From the NCBI GenBank assembly GCA_963749075.1, contig CAVVLJ010000016.1:864001-928000 (forward strand): a stretch of 64,000 nt of DNA, read 5' to 3'. The stretch comes from an uncultured Pseudomonadota bacterium. Lineage in GTDB: Bacteria; Pseudomonadota; Alphaproteobacteria; JACZXZ01. Shown piece by piece: positions 50,008-60,734 of the stretch. Made by a program: the position numbers and the translations under genes. The stretch's first letter is position 1. Each line of letters opens with the position of its first letter. Below the pieces are notes generated by a model, which made no database searches, had not been told where the DNA came from, and saw only the letters and a list, made by a program, of their open reading frames with translations.

Positions 50008-52338
50008 TCAGGCGCGCCCGTTGCCGCGGATCGCCTGCCAGATGCGCTCCGGCGTGGCCGGCATGTCGATGTGCTCGATGCCGTGCTCCGCGAGCGCATC
50101 GACGAGGGCATTGATGACCGCGGGCGGCGCGCCGATGGCGCCCGCCTCGCCGGCACCCTTGACGCCGAGCGGATTGCTGCGGCAGGGCACGATGTTGTAG
50201 CTGCTCTCGATGGCGGGGACGTTGTCGGCGCGCGGCATGCAGTAGTCCATGAACGAGCCGGTGACGAGCTGGCCGGTGGCCTGATCGTAGACGCAGCTCT
50301 CGAGGAGGGCCTGGCCGATGCCCTGCACGACGCCGCCGTGGATCTGGCCGTCGAGCAGCAGCGGGTTGAGCACGACGCCCACGTCGTCGACCACGAGATA
50401 GCGCGCGATGCTGACGCTGCCCGTCTCGGGATCGACCTCGAGCTCGCAGAGGTGGCAGCCGTTGGGAAAGGTGGAGGCCGGCGGCGTGAAGTGCGCCTTG
50501 GCGCCGAACCCGGGCTCGATCTCGGGCGGCAGCTGCAAGGGATCGTAGGCCGCCTGCGCCACCTTGGCGAAGCTCACGCTGCGGTCGGTGCCGGCGATGC
50601 GGTAATGACCCTCGGCGAACTCCACGTCGGCGGCCGAGGCCTCGAGGATATGGGCGGCGATGGGCTTGCCGCGCTCGATCACCCGGCGCGCCGCGAGATC
50701 GACGGCAACCCCGCCCACGGGAAGCGAGCGCGAGCCGCCGGTGCCGCGGCCATAGGCCACCACGTCGGTGTCGCCCTGCACCACGCGGATCTCCTCGAAG
50801 GGAACGCCGAGCGTCTCGGCGAGGATCTGCGCGTAGGCGGTCTGGTGGCCCTGTCCGCTCGATTGCGTGCCGACGAGGAGCGAGACGGAGCCGCTCGGAT
50901 CGACGCGCACCTCGGCCGATTCGTCCGGGCCGCCGCCGCACTGCTCGATGTAGGTCGAAAAGCCGAAGCCGCGCAGCTTGCCTGCCTTGCGCGCCGCCGC
51001 CTTGCGCTGGGCGAAGCCCGCCCGATCCGCGAGCTTGAGCGCGTCCTCCATGTTGCGCGCGAAATGGCCGCTGTCGTAGGTGAGGCCCATCGAGGTCGTA
51101 TAGGGCATCTTCTCCGGCGGGATGAAGTTGCGCCGGCGAAGCTCGTCTGGCGCAATGCCGGCCTTGCGCGCCGCATGGTCGACCATGCGCTCGATGACGT
51201 AGGCCGCCTCCGGCCGGCCGGCGCCGCGATAGGCATCGACGGGTGCGGTGTTGGTGAAGACGCCTTTGACCGAGACGTGGATGGCCGGCACCACATAGAC
51301 GCCGACCAGGAGCTGGGTCCCGCAGAGCGTCGGGATGAAGGTGCTGAAGTTGGAGAGATAGGCGCCGAGGTTGGCGACCGTCGCTACCCGCATGGCGAGG
51401 AAGCGGCCATCCTTGTCGAGGCCGAGCTCGGCCTCGGTCACGTTGTCGCGGCCGTGGGTGTCGGCGAGGAAGCAGTCGGCGCGCTCGCCCGACCACTTGA
51501 CCGGGCGGCCGAGCTTCTTCGCGGCATAGAGCACGAGGGCGTGCTCGCGGTAGAGGAATATTTTGGCGCCGAAGCCGCCGCCCACGTCCGGCGTCACCAC
51601 GCGGATGTCGTGCTCCGGCACCTTGAGGACGTGCTTGGCGAGCAACTCGCGCACGAAGTGGGAGCCCTGGCTCGAGGTATAGAGCAGGTAGCGCTCCTCG
51701 CCGCGCTCGTAGGCGCCGAGGGCCGAGCGCGGCTCCATCGGATTGGGCACCAGGCGGTTGTTGACGAGGCGCAGCTTGACCACGTTGGCCGCCTTCGCCA
51801 TCGCCTTGTCGGCGGCCGCCTTGTCGCCGATCTCCCAGTCGAAGCAGAGGTTGCCCGGCGCCTCGTCCCAGATGCGCGCCGGATGCTTGGCGTCCGCCAC
51901 CGCCGTCTCGCTCCAGGCCGGCAGGCTCTCGTAATCGATCTCGACGAGCTCGGCCGCGTCGCGCGCCGCGTCGAGGGTCTCGGCCACGACGAGGGCGACC
52001 GCGTCGCCCACGTAGCGCACGCGGTCGACGGCGAGGCAGGGATAGGGCGGCGAGGGATTGGTGCTGCCGTCGCGGTTGGTCGTCGGCGTGAGAAGGGGGA
52101 TGGTGCCGATGCCGTCGTTCGCGAGATCGGCGCCGGTGAAGACCGCAAGCACGCCGGCTGCCGCCTTGGCCTCAGCGGCGTCGATGCTGCGGATGCGCGC
52201 ATGGGCATGGGGCGAGCGCAGGATATAGGCGTAGCTCTGCCGCGGCAGGCTGATGTCGTCGGCGTAGCAGCCCTCTCCGGTCAGGAAGCGCGCATCCTCG
52301 CGCCTGCGGATCGCCTGGCCGAAAGCAAACTTGCCCAT
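50008..52338 (-). CDS. Xanthine dehydrogenase family molybdopterin-binding subunit (CoxL form II-like)
   Basis: [45 protein letters not shown]. Confidence 0.92.
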   Translation of the reverse strand: MGKFAFGQAIRRREDARFLTGEGCYADDISLPRQSYAYILRSPHAHARIRSIDAAEAKAAAGVLAVFTGADLANDGIGTIPLLTPTTNRDGSTNPSPPYPCLAVDRVRYVGDAVALVVAETLDAARDAAELVEIDYESLPAWSETAVADAKHPARIWDEAPGNLCFDWEIGDKAAADKAMAKAANVVKLRLVNNRLVPNPMEPRSALGAYERGEERYLLYTSSQGSHFVRELLAKHVLKVPEHDIRVVTPDVGGGFGAKIFLYREHALVLYAAKKLGRPVKWSGERADCFLADTHGRDNVTEAELGLDKDGRFLAMRVATVANLGAYLSNFSTFIPTLCGTQLLVGVYVVPAIHVSVKGVFTNTAPVDAYRGAGRPEAAYVIERMVDHAARKAGIAPDELRRRNFIPPEKMPYTTSMGLTYDSGHFARNMEDALKLADRAGFAQRKAAARKAGKLRGFGFSTYIEQCGGGPDESAEVRVDPSGSVSLLVGTQSSGQGHQTAYAQILAETLGVPFEEIRVVQGDTDVVAYGRGTGGSRSLPVGGVAVDLAARRVIERGKPIAAHILEASAADVEFAEGHYRIAGTDRSVSFAKVAQAAYDPLQLPPEIEPGFGAKAHFTPPASTFPNGCHLCELEVDPETGSVSIARYLVVDDVGVVLNPLLLDGQIHGGVVQGIGQALLESCVYDQATGQLVTGSFMDYCMPRADNVPAIESSYNIVPCRSNPLGVKGAGEAGAIGAPPAVINALVDALAEHGIEHIDMPATPERIWQAIRGNGRA

Positions 52339-52428
52339 GCTGGATCTCCCGGGATGTCTCGGACGCAACAGTAGGCCGAGCGGGGACTAGGCGCCAAGGG
52401 TCTTGTCGTTTTTCGACAAGAGCCCGCT

Positions 52429-52520
52429 GTCCCTCACCCTTCCCATCGCTTGCGCGATGGGCCCCTTCCCTCTCCCGCAAGCGGGAGAGGGTGGCGAGCG
52501 TCAGCGAGCCGGGTGAGGGA
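52429..52520. repeat. REP-like palindromic element (composite form with both side arms)
   Basis: CCCTCACCC-TTCCCATCGCTTGCGCGATGGG...CCCTCTCCCGCAAGCGGGAGAGGG...GCGAGCGTCAGCGAGCC-GGGTGAGGG. Confidence 0.87.
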
Positions 52521-52536
52521 TAGCGACCACGCGCCG

Positions 52537-53563
52537 CTATTTGCTCTTCCGCATCGCTTCGTTGTAGTAGCTCGCATCGTAGAAGCGCATGGGATCGCCG
52601 AGCGTCATCTGCGGCTTGCCGTATTCGCTGCGCAGTGCCAGCACCTTGCGAGCGCCGGTCACGTCGAACTTGACCTTATGGGTGAAGCCGGTCTTGGCGT
52701 CGAACAGCACCTTGTAGCTCTCGGCCGCGACCTCGGGCGACATCTGCGGCAGGTTCTTCCTCAGGATCGCGATGCCCTCCTCGCGGTTGCGCGGGTCGTA
52801 GAGCCAGTCGACCGCCTGCGAGAAGCCGCGGATGTAGGCGACCACTTTCTCCCTGTTGTCCTTGGCCCAGGGCCGGCGCGCAGCACCCACTAGGCCCTGG
52901 TAGCGGTGGTAGACGTTGATCGCGCGGACGACCTGATTGAAGCCCTCGGCCTTGGCCACGACCTCGAAGGGCGTGAGCAGCAGCGTACCGTCGTGCTTCT
53001 TCTCATGCAGGTCCTGCCAGCGCTGCAGCACGCCGCCCACGATGTCGACCTTGTAGTCGCCGGGCTTGAGACCGCCGCGCTTCAAGAGATCGAAGAGCAC
53101 GAAGGCATAGCCGGTGGTGAGCGCGTCGACCGTGACGCTCCTCCCCTTGAGCGCCGCGACGCTCTTCACCTCGGGCACGGTCACGACGCTGAGAGAGCCG
53201 TTGTCCACCCCCATGAAGGCGAAGAGCTCGGGATGCGCTCCGACCGGCGCCTCGCCTTGGCCGACCGCATAGGCGACGACGTTGTCGTAGGCGGTCATGG
53301 CGATGTCCCACTTGCCGTCGATCAGGCCGGTCAGCTGCATGACGGAGCCCGTCGTCGGCGTGAGGCTGACGCTGATGCCGCGCGAGGCGAAGAAGCCCTT
53401 CTCCTCGGCCACCCAGATCGGCCAGTTGAAGCCGCCGGGAAAGACGATGACCGAGACAGGCTTCGGCTCGTCGGCCCGTGCCGCCGCCGAGAACTCCCGC
53501 AAGACTGGCGATCATGGCCGCCGCCACGCGCGCCACGCGCCAATAGCGCCGCAATGCCCCCAT
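52537..53563 (-). CDS. ABC substrate-binding protein (NMT1/SsuA-like), frameshift at the end of the signal peptide (~53480-53500)
   Basis: Signal MGALRRYW...MIASLAGVL after a G-rich RBS; mature ADEPKPV...WVAEEKGFF, VDALTTGYA lies in another frame. Confidence 0.78.
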
Positions 53564-53767
53564 CAGTTCCCCCCCTTTGTCGACCCGCCGGTTCTGCCGC
53601 CGGCATCTCGACTTCGGCATCGACTATGGCGCCGGGCCGGCCTGCCATCAACGGGAATTCGCGGCGACGGCGCCCTCGGCCGGTCTTGACTTGTCGGGCG
53701 CGGGGCGGAATGTTGGGCCAAGCGCCTCCGGCCGCCGGAGCGCAAAACAAGGAAAGGGGAATTCGCC

Positions 53768-55116
53768 ATGTCCGCCGTCAGCGAGCTTCTCGAGCTCGAC
53801 CAGCAGCATCTCATCCATCCGCTTCATCACCCCAAGGACCGCGAGCATCCGCTCCTCATGGTCGAGGGGGAGGGCGAGATGCTGCGCGACGCGGAGGGCA
53901 AGTCCTACATCGACGGTCTCTCCGGCCTGTGGAACGTTAACGTCGGCCACGGCCGCAGGGAGCTCGGCGAGGCCGCCTCCAAGCAGATGTCGAAGCTCGC
54001 CTTCGCCTCGGCCTACATCGGCGCCTCGAACGAGCCGGCCATCCGCCTCGCCGACCGCCTGGTGAAGCTCGCCTATGCCAACATCTCGGCGGTCTATTTC
54101 ACGACGGCCGGGGCGGAATCGAACGAATCCGCCTTCAAGTTCGCGCGCTATCACTGGAAGGTGCGGGGCAAGCCGGAGAAGGTGAAGATCTTCTCCCGCG
54201 TCCATGCCTATCACGGCGTCACCATGGCGGCGATGAGCGCCACGGGCATGGCGGTCTATCACAAGATGTTCGGCCCGCTGGTGCCCAACTTCCATCAGGT
54301 GCCCGCACCCTACCCCTACCGCTGGCCGGGCAACGGCGACCCCGGCATCGAGGCGGCGGACGCCCTCGAGGAGGCCATCCTCAAGGAAGGCCCGGGCACC
54401 GTCGCCGCGGTGATCGCCGAGCCGGTGATGGGGGCGGGCGGCGTCATCGTGCCGCCCGAGACCTACTTCCCGCGCCTGCGCGAGATCTGCGACCGCCACG
54501 ACGTGCTGCTCATCGCGGACGAGGTGATCACCGGCTTCGGCCGCACGGGCCGCTGGTTCGCGCTCGGCCATTGGGGCGTCGAGCCCGATCTCGTCTCCTT
54601 CGCCAAGGGGGTTACCAGCGCCTATCTGCCGCTCGGCGGCGTGCTGGTCTCCAAGCGCGTGCACCGCTCGCTCGAGGAAGCGCCCGCCGACCAGCGCTTC
54701 ATGCATGCGGCCACCTATTCGGGCCATCCGGTGTGCTGCGCCGTGGCCTTGCGCAACCTCGACATCATCGAGAAGGAAGGGCTCGTCGAGCGCGCCGCCA
54801 CCGTGGGCCGCCGTCTCCTCGCCGGGCTCGAGTCTTGCGCGATCTTCCCGCGGTGGGAGACGTGCGCGGCCTCGGCATGATGTGCGGCGTCGAGCTCGTG
54901 GAGAGCCGCGAGACGCGCAAGCCCGCGATCGGGCTCGGCGGCAAGGTGGTGCGCGCGGCGCTCGCCCGCGGCCTCTTGGTGCGCATCCGCGCGGGCGGCG
55001 CCAATCCCGCCATCGGCGACACCCTTTGCATCGCTCCGCCGCTCATGACGCCGGTCGAGACCATCGACCGCATCGTGGAGATCGTGCGCGCGTCGATCGT
55101 GGCGGCGGCGAGATGA
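53768..55116 (+). CDS. Class III PLP aminotransferase, one missing base near 54834
   Basis: YIDGLSGLW, AYHG, AEPVMG, DEVITGFGRTG, FAKG; C-terminal LRDLPAVGDVRGLGMM...IAPPL is in a different frame. Confidence 0.87.
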
Positions 55117-55166
55117 CGAGATGACAAGATAGCAAGATAGAGGGACAGGGCAACGGGAGGATCACC

Positions 55167-56198
55167 ATGACTCGCATCATCGCAGCGTTCTTCGCGACCG
55201 CGCTCTTTGCGGCAGCGGCCCACGCCGAGGACAAGACCCTCTACGTGGCGGCCTACGGCGGCTCCTTCGAGCAGACCTTGCGCAAGGAGGTCTTCCCGCC
55301 CTTCGCCAAGGCGCACGGCATCGACATCGAGTACGTCGCCGGCAACTCGACGGACAACCTCGCCAAGCTCCAGGCCCAGAAGGGCAGCGAGCAGATCGAC
55401 GTGGCGATCCTCGACGACGGTCCGATGTACCAGGCGGTGGCGCTCGGCTTCTGCGCGCCGCTCGCCAAGGCCGCGGTCTACGGCGACCTCTACGGCCTTG
55501 CCAAGCTGCCCTCGGGCAAGGGGGTGCTCATCGGCATCACCGCGACCGGCATCATGTACAACACCAAGGTCTTCGCCGAGAACCACTGGCCGGCGCCCAC
55601 CTCCTGGCAGGACCTCAAGGACCCGAAGTTCAAGCAAAAGCTGGTGATCCCACCGCTCAACAACACTTACGGCCTCCACGCCCTCGTCGTCTATGCCAAG
55701 GCCGGCGGCGGCGGGGAGAAGAACATCGAGCCGGGCTTCAAGGCCTTCAAGGACGAGATCGGCCCCAACGTGCTCGCCTACGAGCCGTCGCCGGGCAAGA
55801 TGACCGAGCTCTTCCAGAGCGGCCAAGCCATCGTCGCCATCTGGGGTGCTGGTCGCGAGAAAGCGCTGGCGGACACGGGCTTTCCGGTCGCCTTCGTCTA
55901 TCCCAAGGAAGGCGGGGTCGCCCTCGGCGTCGCGGCCTGCCCGGTCGCCGGCGGCAAGGACAAGCCCGAGGCGCAGCTTTTCATCCAGCACCTCCTCTCC
56001 CCGGAGATGCAAGCCGTCCTCGCGGCCGGCGCCGGGCTCGGCCCGGTCAACAAGAAGGTCGTGCTGCCGCCGGATAAGCGGGCCGGCATCCCCTACGGCC
56101 TCGAGCAGATCGGCAAGCTCGTGACGATCGATTGGGATACGGTCAACGAGCACCGGGAGGAATGGAACAAGCGCTGGGTGCGCGAGATCGAGCGCTGA
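55167..56198 (+). CDS. ABC substrate-binding protein (polyamine/opine-like)
   Basis: Signal peptide, YGGSFE, PTSWQDL, PKEG, DWDTVN. Confidence 0.88.
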   Translation: MTRIIAAFFATALFAAAAHAEDKTLYVAAYGGSFEQTLRKEVFPPFAKAHGIDIEYVAGNSTDNLAKLQAQKGSEQIDVAILDDGPMYQAVALGFCAPLAKAAVYGDLYGLAKLPSGKGVLIGITATGIMYNTKVFAENHWPAPTSWQDLKDPKFKQKLVIPPLNNTYGLHALVVYAKAGGGGEKNIEPGFKAFKDEIGPNVLAYEPSPGKMTELFQSGQAIVAIWGAGREKALADTGFPVAFVYPKEGGVALGVAACPVAGGKDKPEAQLFIQHLLSPEMQAVLAAGAGLGPVNKKVVLPPDKRAGIPYGLEQIGKLVTIDWDTVNEHREEWNKRWVREIER

Positions 56199-56220
56199 CC
56201 CGCGGGAGTGCCGTCGAGCG

Positions 56221-57075
56221 ATGCGCGCGCCGCTCGCACCCTATCTCCTCTCGGGGCCGGCGGTCCTTCTCTTCGCCGCCATGGTGTTGACGCCGCTCGC
56301 GGCGACGGCCCTCCTCTCGCTCCACAGCTTCAGCCTCTACAAGGGCATCGAGGACGTCTATCGCCTCGCCAACTACGCCGACATCCTGAGCGACAGCTAT
56401 TTCTACGGCATCTTCGCGCGCACCTTCCGCCTGGCGCTCCTGGTCACGCTCATCGCCGTCATCATCGGCACGCCAGAGGCCTATATCCTCAACCGAATGC
56501 GCCCGCCCTGGCGCGGCATCTTCCTCCTGGTGGTGCTCGGCCCGCTCCTCATCTCGGTCGTCTCGCGCACCCTCGGCTGGGCGCTCCTCTTCGGCTCGAC
56601 GGGGCTCATCAACCAGGGGCTCGAGGCCCTGGGGCTGATCGCAGCACCGCTCCGCTTCATGTATACCGAGACCGGCATCGTGATCGCGCTCACCCACGTG
56701 CTGGTCCCCTTCATGGTGATCTCGGTGTGGGCGTCGCTCCAGCGCCTCGACCCGCAGATCGAGAACGCGGCGGCCTCGCTCGGCGCCGGCAGCTTCACCG
56801 TGCTGCGGCGCATCACGCTGCCGCAGGTGATGCCGGGCGTGCTCTCGGGCGCCATCATCGTCTTTGCCCTCGCGGCGAGCGCCTTCGCGACGCCCGCCAT
56901 CATCGGCGGACGGCGCCTCAAGGTGGCCTCGACGCTCGCCTACGACGAGTTCCTCAACACCCTCAACTGGCCGCTCGGTGCCGCCGTGGCCGTGCTACTC
57001 CTCGCCGCCAACGTGGCGATCATCGTGGGCTGCAACCGCCTCATCGAGCGGCGCTATGCCGAGGTGTTCCGGTGA
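56221..57075 (+). CDS. ABC permease (PotB-like)
   Basis: RTLGW, PFMV, IENAAASLGA. Confidence 0.9.
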   Translation: MRAPLAPYLLSGPAVLLFAAMVLTPLAATALLSLHSFSLYKGIEDVYRLANYADILSDSYFYGIFARTFRLALLVTLIAVIIGTPEAYILNRMRPPWRGIFLLVVLGPLLISVVSRTLGWALLFGSTGLINQGLEALGLIAAPLRFMYTETGIVIALTHVLVPFMVISVWASLQRLDPQIENAAASLGAGSFTVLRRITLPQVMPGVLSGAIIVFALAASAFATPAIIGGRRLKVASTLAYDEFLNTLNWPLGAAVAVLLLAANVAIIVGCNRLIERRYAEVFR

Positions 57076-57872
57076 GACGAAACGGACCCGCAGCACTCCT
57101 CTTCCACGCGCTCTTCATCGCCTTCATCGTGGCGCCGATCGCCGTCGTCTGCCTCGTCGCCTTCACGCCCGAGGGCTATCTATCGCTGCCGACGCACGGC
57201 TTCTCGCTGCGCTGGTTCCGCGCCATTGGCGCCAATCCCGAGTTCGTCGAGGCGTTCTGGACGAGCCTCTGGCTCGGCGCCCTCTCCTCGACGATCGCCG
57301 TCGGCTTCTCGGTGCCGAGCGCCTTGGCGCTCGCGCGCTTCCGCTTCCCCGGCCGCGAGGCGATCGCCGCACTCTTCCAATCGCCGCTCATGATCCCGCA
57401 GGTCGTGCTCGGCATCGCCTTCCTGCGCTTCTTCACCGAGATCGGGCTCGGCGGCACTTTCGCCGGGCTCGTGCTCGGCCATATCGTCATCGTGATGCCC
57501 TTTGCACTTCGCCTGGTGCTCGCCGCGGCGACCGGCCTCGATCCGCGCATCGAGCGCGCGGCGGTGTCGCTCGGCGCCTCCTGGTGGAGCACCTTCCGCC
57601 AGATCACCCTGCCGCTCATCCTGCCGGGGCTGGCGAGCGGCTGGCTGCTCGCCTTCATCACCAGCTTCGACGAGGTGACCATGACGGTGTTCATCGCCTC
57701 GCCCAAGGCCACGACCTTGCCGGTGCGCCTCTTCCTCTACATCCAGGACAACATCGATCCCCTGGTGGCGGCGGTCTCGGCCGCCCTCATCGGCCTCACC
57801 GCCGTGGCGATCGTCCTGCTCGACCGTCTCTACGGACTGGAGCGGCTCCTCGTCGGCCGCGGCCGGGACTGA
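57072..57872 (+). CDS. ABC permease (PotC-like)
   Basis: FSLRWF, IERAAVSLGA, SFDEV, TLPV; GTG start overlaps the upstream stop. Confidence 0.9.
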   Translation: MRRNGPAALLFHALFIAFIVAPIAVVCLVAFTPEGYLSLPTHGFSLRWFRAIGANPEFVEAFWTSLWLGALSSTIAVGFSVPSALALARFRFPGREAIAALFQSPLMIPQVVLGIAFLRFFTEIGLGGTFAGLVLGHIVIVMPFALRLVLAAATGLDPRIERAAVSLGASWWSTFRQITLPLILPGLASGWLLAFITSFDEVTMTVFIASPKATTLPVRLFLYIQDNIDPLVAAVSAALIGLTAVAIVLLDRLYGLERLLVGRGRD

Positions 57873-57898
57873 GGAGGGGAAGAGTGGCGGGCGGCTCC

Positions 57899-59029
57899 AT
57901 GGAGTTCGAGGTTGCGGTGATCGGCGGCGGGCTGCTCGGCTCCGCCATTGCGTGGGGACTTCAGCGCCTCGGCCAACGCACGGCGGTGCTCGACGAGGGC
58001 GACGTCGCCTACCGCGCCTCGCGCGGCAATTTCGCCCTCGTCTGGGTGCAGAGCAAGGGGCTCGGCCTGCCCGAGTACGCCGCCTGGAGCAAGCGCTCGT
58101 CCGACGGCTGGGGCGGCTTCGCGGCCGAGCTCAAGGAGACGACCGGCCACGACACGGCCTTTGCGCGTCCCGGCGGCTTCCATCTCTGCCTCTCGGAGCG
58201 CGAGCTCGAGGCGCGCGCGGCGACCTTGAAGCGCCTGCACAACCAGCCGAACATGGTGCGCTACCCTTACGAGATGCTCGAACGTGCGGCGCTCGAGAAG
58301 CTTTTGCCGCGCATCGGCCCGGAGGTCGCGGGCGCCTCCTATTGCCCGCTCGACGGCCATTGCAACTCGTTGCGCCTGCTCAAGGCGCTGCATGCCGGCA
58401 TGCAGGCGCTCGGCGCGCGCTATCTCCCGGAGCATCGCGTCGAGCGCATCGAGCAGGGCTCCGGCGGCTTCCGCCTGGCGAGCAAGGCGGGCGAGGTGCG
58501 CGCCGGGAGGCTCGTGCTCGCCGCCGGCAACGGCAATGCGCGGCTCGCCCCCATGGTCGGGCTCAAGGCGCCGGTCAGGCCCCAGCGCGGCCAGATCATC
58601 GTGACCGAGAAGGTGCGCCCCTTCTTCGACTACCCCATGTCGACCCTGCGCCAGACCGACGAAGGCGGCATCCTCATCGGCAACTCCCTCGAGGAGGCGG
58701 GCTTCGACGACGCGGTCGGCATCGGCGTCATCTCGGCCCTTGCGGCGCGCGCGGTGCGCTTCTTCCCCGAGCTCGCCGGCCTCAACGTGGTGCGCAGCTG
58801 GGCGGCGCTCCGCGTCATGACGGAGGACGGCTTTCCCGTCTACGACCAATCGGCGAGCGCTCCGGGCGCCTTCATCGCGACCTGCCACAGCGGCGTCACC
58901 CTTGCCGCCAATCACGCGCTCGTGCTGGCGCCCATGGTGGCAGCGGGGCGGCTCGCACCCGAGCTCGATGTCTTCAGCGCCCGGAGGTTCGATGTTTCCC
59001 AAAGGTCCGATGTTCCGGCGTCTGCCTGA
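57899..59029 (+). CDS. FAD-dependent DAO-family subunit (OoxB/OdhB/HcnC-like)
   Basis: IGGGLLG, ASRGNFALVWVQSKG, RGQI, HSGVTLA. Confidence 0.88.
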   Translation: MEFEVAVIGGGLLGSAIAWGLQRLGQRTAVLDEGDVAYRASRGNFALVWVQSKGLGLPEYAAWSKRSSDGWGGFAAELKETTGHDTAFARPGGFHLCLSERELEARAATLKRLHNQPNMVRYPYEMLERAALEKLLPRIGPEVAGASYCPLDGHCNSLRLLKALHAGMQALGARYLPEHRVERIEQGSGGFRLASKAGEVRAGRLVLAAGNGNARLAPMVGLKAPVRPQRGQIIVTEKVRPFFDYPMSTLRQTDEGGILIGNSLEEAGFDDAVGIGVISALAARAVRFFPELAGLNVVRSWAALRVMTEDGFPVYDQSASAPGAFIATCHSGVTLAANHALVLAPMVAAGRLAPELDVFSARRFDVSQRSDVPASA

Positions 59030-59306
59030 TCCTGCCGGCGGGAGTGTCACGCTCACCGTCGACGGCCGCGCGATCAACGCGCGCGCCGGCGACAGCGTTG
59101 CCGCGGCGCTCCTTGCCGCCGGCATCGCGGCCTGCCGCACCACGCCCGTCTCCGGCGCTCCGCGCGCACCTTACTGCCTGATGGGCGTGTGCTTCGAATG
59201 CCTCGTCGCCATCGACGGGCGGCAGAACCGCCAGGCCTGCATGGTGCCGGCGGCAAACGGCATGACCGTCGAGACGCAGAGCGGCAAGCGGGAGGTCGGG
59301 CGGTGA
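59010..59306 (+). CDS. [2Fe-2S] subunit (OdhC/HcnA-like)
   Basis: GDSVAAALL, YCLMGVCFECLV.IDG....QAC. Confidence 0.9.
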   Translation: MFRRLPDPAGGSVTLTVDGRAINARAGDSVAAALLAAGIAACRTTPVSGAPRAPYCLMGVCFECLVAIDGRQNRQACMVPAANGMTVETQSGKREVGR

Positions 59307-60727
59307 GCGCCGCAGCCGCCCTCAAGGAGAGCTACGAGCTCGCGGTGATCGGCGCCGGGCCGGCCGGCCTCGCCGCGGCGACGCTGGCAGCTACGCTCGG
59401 CATCGATACCGTGCTGCTCGACGAGCAGCAGGCGCCTGGGGGGCAGATCTATCGCGGAATTGCCGAGCCGCCGATCCGCGAGCGCGGCATCCTCGGCGCC
59501 GACTATTGGCATGGTGCTACGCTCCTGGCACCCTTCCGGGCAAGCGGGGCGCACTACGTGCCGGGTGCCACCGTGTGGAGCGTCTCCCGCGAGCTCGAGA
59601 TCGGCGTCTCGCTGGGAGGTGCAGCGCGGCTTCTGCAGGCGAAGCACGTCATCGTCGCTACGGGTGCGCTCGAGCGCCCGTTTCCCATCCCGGGCTGGAC
59701 CCTGCCCGGCGTCATGACCGCGGGTGGCGCGCAAATCCTCCTCAAATCCTCGGGCCTCGTGGCGGAGGGCAAGGTCGTGCTGGCCGGCAGCGGACCGCTT
59801 CTCTGGCTGATCGCCGCGCAACATTTGCGCGCGGGCGGGCGCATCGCGGCACTCCTCGATACCACCCCACGCAAGAACCGGCGCGCGGCATGGCCGCACC
59901 TGCCGGCCTTCCTCGCCTCCAACTATTTCGCCAAGGGATGGCGGCTCCTCGCGCAAGTGAAGCGCCGCGTGCGCGTCGTGCGCGGCGTTAGCTCGCTTCG
60001 CGCCGAGGGCGACGGCTGGCTGGCCGCGGTCGTCTACGCAACGGGCCGCGGCGAGGAGCGGCTTGCCGCGGACCTTCTTCTTCTGCACCAGGGCGTCGTG
60101 CCCAACGTCAACCTCGCCAACGCGATCGGCTGCACCCATGGCTGGGACGAGGTGCTGCTCTGCTTCAAGCCGCTCGTCGACGAGTGGGGTGCCAGTTCGG
60201 TGGAAGGTGTCGCCATCGCCGGCGACGGCGCCGGGATCGCGGGCGCCGTTGCCGCCGAGCAGCGCGGCCGCCTTGCAGCGCTCGCCGCGGCTGCCCGGCT
60301 CGGGCGCATCGATGCGGCGCAGCGCGACAGCAGCGCGGCACCCCATCGGGCGGCACTGCAGCGTGCTGAGCGCGGGCGCGCCTTCCTCGATGCGCTCTAC
60401 CGTCCGGCCAGGGCCTTCCGCGTGCCGCAAGGCGATACCATCGTCTGCCGTTGCGAGGAGGTCACGGCACGGCAGATCGTGGAGACCGTGGCACTCGGCT
60501 GCGTCGGGCCCAACCAGATGAAGTCTTTTCTGCGCTGCGGCATGGGACCGTGCCAGGGACGTCTTTGCGGCCTCGCGGTGAGCGAGCTCATCGCGGGCGC
60601 GCGCGGCGTCTCGCCGGGCGAAGTCGGCTATTATCGCCTGCGCCCGCCGGTCAAGCCGATCACCGTCGCCGAGCTTGCCGCACTGCCGCGGAGCCCCGAG
60701 GCGGTCAAGGCCGTGGAGCGCGGCTGA
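59303..60727 (+). CDS. NAD(P)/FAD oxidoreductase with BFD-like Cys cluster (OoxA/OdhA/HcnB-like)
   Basis: GAGPAG, PGGQIYR, ATGALERP.PIPGWTLPGV, VCRCEEV, RCGMGPCQGRLC. Confidence 0.9.
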   Translation: MSAAAALKESYELAVIGAGPAGLAAATLAATLGIDTVLLDEQQAPGGQIYRGIAEPPIRERGILGADYWHGATLLAPFRASGAHYVPGATVWSVSRELEIGVSLGGAARLLQAKHVIVATGALERPFPIPGWTLPGVMTAGGAQILLKSSGLVAEGKVVLAGSGPLLWLIAAQHLRAGGRIAALLDTTPRKNRRAAWPHLPAFLASNYFAKGWRLLAQVKRRVRVVRGVSSLRAEGDGWLAAVVYATGRGEERLAADLLLLHQGVVPNVNLANAIGCTHGWDEVLLCFKPLVDEWGASSVEGVAIAGDGAGIAGAVAAEQRGRLAALAAAARLGRIDAAQRDSSAAPHRAALQRAERGRAFLDALYRPARAFRVPQGDTIVCRCEEVTARQIVETVALGCVGPNQMKSFLRCGMGPCQGRLCGLAVSELIAGARGVSPGEVGYYRLRPPVKPITVAELAALPRSPEAVKAVERG

Positions 60728-60734
60728 GGCGGCG

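Noticed and set aside
50008-52338. Aerobic CO dehydrogenase (form I)
   Set aside because: Lacks the AYxCSFR Cu-binding motif and the coxM/S and accessory genes
55111-55142. Four imperfect 8-bp repeats (AGATGACG/AGATGACA/AGATAGCA/AGATAGAG)
   Set aside because: Short and degenerate; probably slippage around a stop codon, with no support for function
57899-60727. HCN synthase (hcnABC)
   Set aside because: Same protein families, but the B-C-A-B order and linkage to an importer fit a catabolic opine/imino-acid dehydrogenase better
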